A DNA stretch of 13,073 nucleotides from Planctomycetota bacterium (lineage in GTDB: Bacteria; Planctomycetota; GCA-002687715; DRQF01). Below the pieces are notes generated by a model. It ran no database searches and was not told the origin of the DNA. It saw only the letters and a list, made by a program, of their open reading frames with translations. Shown here piece by piece: positions 7,670 through 13,073 of the stretch. The translations under genes were made by a program, and so were the position numbers. The DNA lies in NCBI GenBank assembly GCA_036479435.1, contig JAZGFI010000131.1, forward strand, positions 1 to 13,073, written 5' to 3'. Within the stretch, counting starts at the first letter, position 1, and the number at the start of each line of letters is the position of its first letter.

Positions 7670-9394
7670 ATGAGAATTCTCACCAGCATCGCCATTCTTA
7701 CCGTTCTTTTCGGAGCTTTTGCGAGCTCTTCGACAGCCCAGTTTGAGGTCTATCGAAATCTCGACGCACCCCCGATCCTCTTCCCGCCGGGTGACATCGG
7801 TCGCGCGGTCTTCGGCGTTGGAGACCTTGACCAAGACGGTTGTGATGACTATGTGGTGGGCATGCCCACGGCAGTCCTAAACCAAGGAATAGTCCGGGCG
7901 TATTCCGGCAAGACCAACGCCAGTCTGTGGTCGACCGGTGGCGGCGATTTTAACGCTTCGTTTGGCTACGACGTCGGCGCAGTCGGTGATCTCAACAACG
8001 ACGGCATCCCAGATGTTGTCGTGGGTGACCCCCTGAATGACGTTGGGCCCGGATCTAACTCCGGCCGCGTGGCGATCTTGTCGGGTGCTGATGGCAGCTT
8101 CATTGTCAACATTCTTGGTACGCAAGCCGGGGCGCGATTCGGCTGGTCGGTGGCTGGCGCTGGGGATGTTGACAACGATGGCACCGATGACTTCGTCGTG
8201 GGGGCTCCGCTTTTTAACGGGCTCGGCGGCACGAACAGCGGGCAGATGCGAGTCTTTAGCGGCGCAACTTTGTCCTCTCTCTACGCTATTTCGGGAATCA
8301 ACTCCTTCGATCAATCGGGCTATGACGTCGCAGGCAACTTTGACTACGACGGCAATGGCTACATGGACGTCGCCACTGGGCTTCCCTTTGCCGACCCCAA
8401 CGGTTCACAGTCCGGCGAAGTTCGCGTGTACGGAATCGTTCCCACTGCTGGTCTGCCATTAATTGATCAACTGGCCTTCATTCAGGGAGTCTCGGCTGGC
8501 GATCATTGCGGCTGGTCGATCGCCGGATTCAAGGACATAACGGGCGATGGACTCGGTGACATTGCTGTCGGTTCGCCGGACGAACAAAACGGGCTCTTCG
8601 GTCTCGCCGGTCATGTGCGGGTGTTCGCGGGACCGAGTTTCTTGCCAGTGATGAATATCGTTGGCGGCGCGGGTGACCGTCTCGGGTTCTCGGTTGGCAA
8701 CGCCGGCGATGTCGATGGCGATGGTGTTGACGACATCGTGGCGGGTGCGATTAACGACGGTAGCTTCAACGAAGGCTCTGTCCGCGTTTTCTCGGGCGAA
8801 CTGGGCATTCAGATCGCGTCTCGGTTTGGTGACCCCGCCGGCGGTGACTACGGTACATCGGTGGCGGGAGCAGGGGACCTTGATGGCGACGGGATCCATG
8901 AGATCATCGCCGGTGATCTCGCAAATCAGAACGTCCAAGTTCTCAACTTGCCTTTGAACTACCGAGGTTCTCTCGAGGACTTGCAGCTGAATACTGGCAT
9001 CAGTTTTTTCCCGGCATCGCAGTGGCCCGACCGCAAGCATGCGCCCGCGGGCACCCTTGTGACTTTCCGCTTGTTCTCGCCGGAAAGCAGTTACAACGGC
9101 ACTATTCCGGCCATCGTGGGTCAGCTCTTCGCCACTTTGTCACCGCCCATGTCGCCGGGTGGCTTTCCCGAGATTCACGTCGACGCGAGTCAGGCCTTCA
9201 TCATCTACGACGGTAGCGATGCGCCGCCCTTTGCCCCGGCCCTTTTGACCGGGCCCGGCATCTTCAGTTCCTTCGTGGTGCCGGTAGGCCTCGGCGGAAC
9301 AAGCTTGATGCTCCAGGGGCTTTCTTTGAGCCCGAGCGCTCAACAGATGAACGCTTTCTTCACCGCCTCCAATGGTCAAGAAATCATCTTCTAG
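7670..9394 (+). CDS. Exported FG-GAP repeat (integrin-alpha-like 7-bladed beta-propeller) protein with unassigned C-terminal domain, paralog 1, 574 aa
   Basis: ACGGAG RBS and Sec signal MRILTSIAILTVLFGAFASSSTA|Q. Seven DxDxDG-type loops (DLDQDG, DLNNDG, DVDNDG, DYDGNG, DITGDG, DVDGDG, DLDGDG) with FG/xG..VA and G(A/x)P motifs. ~144-aa tail from YRGSLED (~8960). Confidence 0.9.
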   Translation: MRILTSIAILTVLFGAFASSSTAQFEVYRNLDAPPILFPPGDIGRAVFGVGDLDQDGCDDYVVGMPTAVLNQGIVRAYSGKTNASLWSTGGGDFNASFGYDVGAVGDLNNDGIPDVVVGDPLNDVGPGSNSGRVAILSGADGSFIVNILGTQAGARFGWSVAGAGDVDNDGTDDFVVGAPLFNGLGGTNSGQMRVFSGATLSSLYAISGINSFDQSGYDVAGNFDYDGNGYMDVATGLPFADPNGSQSGEVRVYGIVPTAGLPLIDQLAFIQGVSAGDHCGWSIAGFKDITGDGLGDIAVGSPDEQNGLFGLAGHVRVFAGPSFLPVMNIVGGAGDRLGFSVGNAGDVDGDGVDDIVAGAINDGSFNEGSVRVFSGELGIQIASRFGDPAGGDYGTSVAGAGDLDGDGIHEIIAGDLANQNVQVLNLPLNYRGSLEDLQLNTGISFFPASQWPDRKHAPAGTLVTFRLFSPESSYNGTIPAIVGQLFATLSPPMSPGGFPEIHVDASQAFIIYDGSDAPPFAPALLTGPGIFSSFVVPVGLGGTSLMLQGLSLSPSAQQMNAFFTASNGQEIIF

Positions 9395-9403
9395 TTCTTA
9401 GCT

Positions 9404-9440
9404 GGCCTCGCCCATCTTCACTCGATGAGCGAGGCCTTTT
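9404..9440 (+). terminator. Intrinsic terminator-like hairpin between FG-GAP genes 1 and 2
   Basis: GGCCTCGC-c-CATC-ttcactc-GATG-a-GCGAGGCC followed by TTTT, beginning 10 nt after the gene 1 stop. Confidence 0.6.
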
Positions 9441-9457
9441 GCAACGGAGATCGTGAA

Positions 9458-11179
9458 ATGAGAATTCCCCCCGCCTTCAGTTTCGCCTTCATTGCGATTC
9501 TCGCGGTCCCCTTGGCGGCCCAGTTTGAGGTTTATCGAAATCTCGACGCGCCCCCGATCATTTTCCCGCCCGGTGACTATGGTCGTGCCGTATGCGGCGT
9601 GGGCGATCTCGACCAAGACGGTTTTCCCGACTACGCCGTGGGCACACCCACCGCGGTCCTGAACCAAGGCCAAGTTCGGGCCTTCTCCGGCAAAACCAAC
9701 GCTCAGTTGTGGTCGACGACCGGCGGCGATTTTAACGCCTCTTTCGGATTCGACTTGGCGGCCATCGGCGACGTCAACAGCGATGGCGTTCCCGACGTGA
9801 TTGTCGGCGATCCGCTGAACGACGTCGGACCGGGCTCTGACGCCGGGCGCGTTGTGGTCTTGTCGGGCGCTGATGGCAGCTTCATCTTCGAGTTATTTGG
9901 CGACCAGGCCGGCGCGCGTTTCGGGTGGTCGGTGGCCAGCGCTGGCGACGCCACCAACGACGGCGTCGATGACCTGCTTGTCGGCGCGCCGCGCTATGAC
10001 GGCGTCGGGGTCAACAGCGGCCAGGTGCGTTTGTACAACGGCAGTACCCAAGGGTTCGCGTTTTCGTTTTCGAGCGGCAGCAGCTTTGATCAACTGGGAT
10101 ACGACGTCGCTGGGAACTTTGATTTCGACGGTGATGGCTACTCCGAGATCGCCATGGGTGCTCCCTTCGCAGATCCCAATGGGTCTCAATCAGGGGAAGT
10201 GCGGATTTTGACTTTTATTCAAGTCTTCGGCTTCATCACGATTGGAGAAATCGCGACTCTCGAGGGGGTTAGCATCGGAGATCGATTTGGGTGGTCGCTG
10301 GCGTCCTTTGAAGATCTGACCGGCGACGGGATCGGCGATCTCGCCGTGGGTTCCCCGAATGAGCAGAATGGACTCGCTTCACTTGCCGGTCATGTGCGCC
10401 TTTTCGCCGGACCCAATGTCTCGGCCGTGATGGACATTGTTGGTGGTCCATCGGATCGACTCGGCTACTCCGTCGCGAATGCTGGTGATATCGACGGTGA
10501 CGGCGTGGTCGACATCGTTGTGGGGGCTATCAATGCCTCGATGACGGCTGCGGACGAGGGCGCCGTGCGTGTTTTCTCGGGTAGCGACGGTCTCCTTATC
10601 GCGTCTCGCTTCGGCGATCCTGCCGGCGGTGACTACGGCACCTCGGTGGCTGGAGTCGGTGATCTCGATGGTGATGGTGTGCAAGAGATTATCGTCGGTG
10701 ATCTCGCCAACCAAAACGTCCAAGTCTTGAACTTACCCCTGGCCTACACTGGGTCACTCGAAGATATTCGGATGGAAACAGGGATTGACGCCGAGCCTTT
10801 GTCGCAGTGGCCGGATCGCAAACACGCGCCGGCCGGAAGTCTGGTGACTTTTCGTCTGCGCTCGCCGGAGGGCAGCTATGACGGGATGATTCCGGTGACG
10901 GTCGGGCAGCTTTTTCCGACCTTGTCGCCGCCGCTTTCTCCCGGTGGCTTCCCTGAGATTCACGTTAGACCCAGCCAAGCGTTCATCATCTACGACGGCA
11001 ATGATGCCCCGGTGTTGGGCCCGGCCGTACTAACGGCTTTGGGATTGACTTCGTCATTCATCGTGCCGGTGGGGCTTGGGGGCACGAGCCTGATGATTCA
11101 GGGTCTTTCTTTGAGCCCGAGCGCTCAACAGATGAACAACTTCTTCACGGCCACCAATGGCCAGGAGATTGTCTTTTAG
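9458..11179 (+). CDS. Exported FG-GAP repeat beta-propeller protein with unassigned C-terminal domain, paralog 2, 573 aa
   Basis: Start moved from 9425 to ATG 9458 because of the ACGGAG RBS and the ATGAGAATT start shared with the paralogs. Signal MRIPPAFSFAFIAILAVPLAA|Q. Seven Asp-rich loops (DLDQDG, DVNSDG, DATNDG, DFDGDG, DLTGDG, DIDGDG, DLDGDG). Ends TNGQEIVF. Confidence 0.9.
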   Translation: MRIPPAFSFAFIAILAVPLAAQFEVYRNLDAPPIIFPPGDYGRAVCGVGDLDQDGFPDYAVGTPTAVLNQGQVRAFSGKTNAQLWSTTGGDFNASFGFDLAAIGDVNSDGVPDVIVGDPLNDVGPGSDAGRVVVLSGADGSFIFELFGDQAGARFGWSVASAGDATNDGVDDLLVGAPRYDGVGVNSGQVRLYNGSTQGFAFSFSSGSSFDQLGYDVAGNFDFDGDGYSEIAMGAPFADPNGSQSGEVRILTFIQVFGFITIGEIATLEGVSIGDRFGWSLASFEDLTGDGIGDLAVGSPNEQNGLASLAGHVRLFAGPNVSAVMDIVGGPSDRLGYSVANAGDIDGDGVVDIVVGAINASMTAADEGAVRVFSGSDGLLIASRFGDPAGGDYGTSVAGVGDLDGDGVQEIIVGDLANQNVQVLNLPLAYTGSLEDIRMETGIDAEPLSQWPDRKHAPAGSLVTFRLRSPEGSYDGMIPVTVGQLFPTLSPPLSPGGFPEIHVRPSQAFIIYDGNDAPVLGPAVLTALGLTSSFIVPVGLGGTSLMIQGLSLSPSAQQMNNFFTATNGQEIVF

Positions 11180-11203
11180 CCGCAACAATCTCTGGAGAAT
11201 CCT

Positions 11204-11245
11204 CGCGAAAACGTCAACTCGCCGGAATGGGGAATAAGGCTGCAG
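11204..11245 (+). promoter_or_regulatory. Conserved upstream element, copy B (before FG-GAP gene 3)
   Basis: CGCGAAAACGTCaaCTCGcCGGAAtGGGGaaTAAGGCtGCAG. 35/42 identical to 7597..7638. Starts 72 nt before the ATG. Confidence 0.7.
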
Positions 11246-11275
11246 CGACGTGAGCCTCAAACACGGAGACAGAAA

Positions 11276-13009
11276 ATGAGAATTCTGACTAGTATCGGCA
11301 TTATTGCGATTGTCTTGGCCTCCATCACCCATTCGGCCTCGGCTCAGCTCGAAGTCTATCGCAGCCTCAACGCACCTCCGATCATCTTCCCGCCTGGTGA
11401 CTACGGGCGCGCGGTGTACGGAGTGGGCGACCTCGATCAAGACGGCTGCGACGACTATGTCGTCGGCACGCCTACGGCGCTTCTAAACCAAGGTCAAGTG
11501 CGTGCCTATTCGGGAAGGACCAACGCGAGCCTCTGGACTGCTAGCGGCGGCGTCTTCGGTTCATCCTTCGGTTTCGACGTCGGAAGGGTAGGTGATCTAA
11601 ACAATGATGGCATTCCCGATGTCGTCGTCGGCGATCCACTTAACGACGGAGGACCCGGAAGCAACGCGGGTCGAGTCGTGGTCTTGTCGGGTGCGGATGG
11701 GAGTTTCATCTTCCAGATGTTCGGCACTCAGGCCGACGAACGCATGGGGTTCTCGGTGGCGGGAGCGGGCGACGTCGACAACGACGGCGTCGATGATATC
11801 GTCGCTGGTGCGCCCTTTTACGACGTCTTCGGAGAAACCAACAATGGTCGCGTGCGCGTCATCTCTGGGGCAACGCAGTCTTTTCTCTACTCGGTCGCCA
11901 GCCCCAACAGTTTCGATCAGATGGGCTACGACGTCGCCGGTAATTTCGACTACGACGGCAACGGCTTTTCAGATATCGCAGTGGGGGCACCTCTCGCGAA
12001 TCCCAATGGTTTCGATTCCGGGGAAGTACGAATCTATGGCCTAGTTCCTTCGTCGGGCGGCGGTCTTTCGATCTCCCTTGTTTCCCTCATCACCGGGACT
12101 AGTTCTGGCGATCATTGTGGATGGTCCATCGCGACGTTTGAAGATATCACCGGGGATGGCGTTGGCGACCTCGCGGTCAGTTCCCCCGATGAGCAGAACG
12201 GTTTGGCGACGATGTCTGGGCATATACGCTTGCATCCTGGGCCGGGGAGTTTTCCTTCCTTGCACATGATCGGCAACGCTTTCGACCGGCTTGGTTTCTC
12301 GATTGCGAATGCGGGCGACGTCAACGGCGATGGTGTTGATGACATCGTAGCGGGAGCGATCGATGCCTCGCCCAACACGGTGGACGAGGGAGAAGTCAGG
12401 GTCTTTTCGGGACGCGATGGCACCCTGATTGCCTCTCGACTTGGAGACCCGGCAGGCGGTGACTACGGGTTTTCGGTCGCAGGGTCCGGTGACCTCGACG
12501 GTGACGGGCTCCACGAGATCATCGTGGGCGACTTGGCCAATCAAAACGTGCAGGTCTTGAACTTGCCCGTCGCCTACCCGGGTTCTCTTGAGGATCTCCA
12601 TCTCGGTTCTTCGATAGACGGAGCTGCGCTGTCCCTGTGGCCTGACCGCAAACTCGCTTTTCCCGGTAGCCTTGTCACTTTCAACCTGTTTTCTCCGGAA
12701 GGGAGCTACAACGGTACGATCCCGGCCACGGTGGGTCAGCTGTTCTCGACGCTGTCGCCCCCGATGTCACCCGGCGGCTTCCCCGAGATACACGTCAACC
12801 CAAGCCAGGCTTTTGTGATCTACGACGGAAGCAATGCGCCGCCTTTTGCGCCGGCTCTACTGCCAGCACAGGGGTTGGCATCGGCCTTCGTGGTGCCGGT
12901 GGGATTGAGCGGGTCGAGCCTCATGATCCAGGGACTTTCCCTCAGCCCCAGCGCTCAGCAGATGAACAACTTCTTCACCGCCACTAACGGTCAGGAAATC
13001 ATCTTCTAA
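11276..13009 (+). CDS. Exported FG-GAP repeat beta-propeller protein with unassigned C-terminal domain, paralog 3, 577 aa
   Basis: ACGGAG RBS and signal MRILTSIGIIAIVLASITHSASA|Q. Seven Asp-rich loops (DLDQDG, DLNNDG, DVDNDG, DYDGNG, DITGDG, DVNGDG, DLDGDG). Ends TNGQEIIF. Confidence 0.9.
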   Translation: MRILTSIGIIAIVLASITHSASAQLEVYRSLNAPPIIFPPGDYGRAVYGVGDLDQDGCDDYVVGTPTALLNQGQVRAYSGRTNASLWTASGGVFGSSFGFDVGRVGDLNNDGIPDVVVGDPLNDGGPGSNAGRVVVLSGADGSFIFQMFGTQADERMGFSVAGAGDVDNDGVDDIVAGAPFYDVFGETNNGRVRVISGATQSFLYSVASPNSFDQMGYDVAGNFDYDGNGFSDIAVGAPLANPNGFDSGEVRIYGLVPSSGGGLSISLVSLITGTSSGDHCGWSIATFEDITGDGVGDLAVSSPDEQNGLATMSGHIRLHPGPGSFPSLHMIGNAFDRLGFSIANAGDVNGDGVDDIVAGAIDASPNTVDEGEVRVFSGRDGTLIASRLGDPAGGDYGFSVAGSGDLDGDGLHEIIVGDLANQNVQVLNLPVAYPGSLEDLHLGSSIDGAALSLWPDRKLAFPGSLVTFNLFSPEGSYNGTIPATVGQLFSTLSPPMSPGGFPEIHVNPSQAFVIYDGSNAPPFAPALLPAQGLASAFVVPVGLSGSSLMIQGLSLSPSAQQMNNFFTATNGQEIIF

Positions 13010-13026
13010 ACACAGCCCATTTGATC

Positions 13027-13073
13027 GCGCTCCGTTGTTCATACACTCAAAAGGTGTGGGAACAGCGGAGCGT
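13027..13073 (+). terminator. Long hairpin after FG-GAP gene 3 (terminator- or REP-like; runs to the window edge)
   Basis: CGCTCCGTTGTTC-a-TACAC-tcaaaag-GTGTG-g-GAACAGCGGAGCG gives about 18 pairs, including G.U wobbles that form only on the + strand RNA. Any U-tract would lie outside the window. Confidence 0.55.

Noticed and set aside
9425..9457. Longer N-terminus (MSEAFCNGDRE) for paralog 2
   Set aside because: That ATG lies inside the hairpin and has no RBS. ATG 9458 matches the paralog starts and gives a normal signal peptide.
7670..13009. Diversity-generating retroelement or CRISPR-like explanation for the repeats
   Set aside because: No reverse transcriptase, no adenine-specific template/variable repeat pair and no repeat-spacer periodicity. 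The repeats are whole-gene paralogy plus FG-GAP blades.

Overview
GC-rich bacterial window with two divergent blocks. The minus strand (1-7498) carries a two-gene cytoplasmic NAD-linked formate dehydrogenase. Its flavoprotein subunit is a compact NuoE-NuoF fusion (5816..7498). Its catalytic subunit is split in two by the ORF track but is one 910-aa selenoprotein (3087..5819), with an in-frame UGA at the Mo/W-ligand position (DNCSRA-U-HAP) and an E. coli fdhF-type SECIS. This subunit has lost all ligands of the His-ligated (N5/A4-type) [4Fe-4S] cluster. Downstream lie an LtaS/MdoB-like membrane phosphotransferase (1067..3064) and an AlgI-like MBOAT O-acyltransferase that runs off the window edge (<1..824, absent from the ORF track). 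The plus strand (7670-13009) carries three tandem paralogous exported proteins. Each has a signal peptide, seven FG-GAP Ca-binding blades and a conserved ~144-aa C-terminal domain I cannot assign, ending NGQEI(I/V)F. Copies 1 and 3 share a 42-nt upstream element (35/42 identical), whereas copy 2 lacks it and sits behind a terminator-like hairpin. No mobile elements, CRISPR arrays, tRNA or rRNA were seen. All calls come from reading the sequence by eye, with no database searches.
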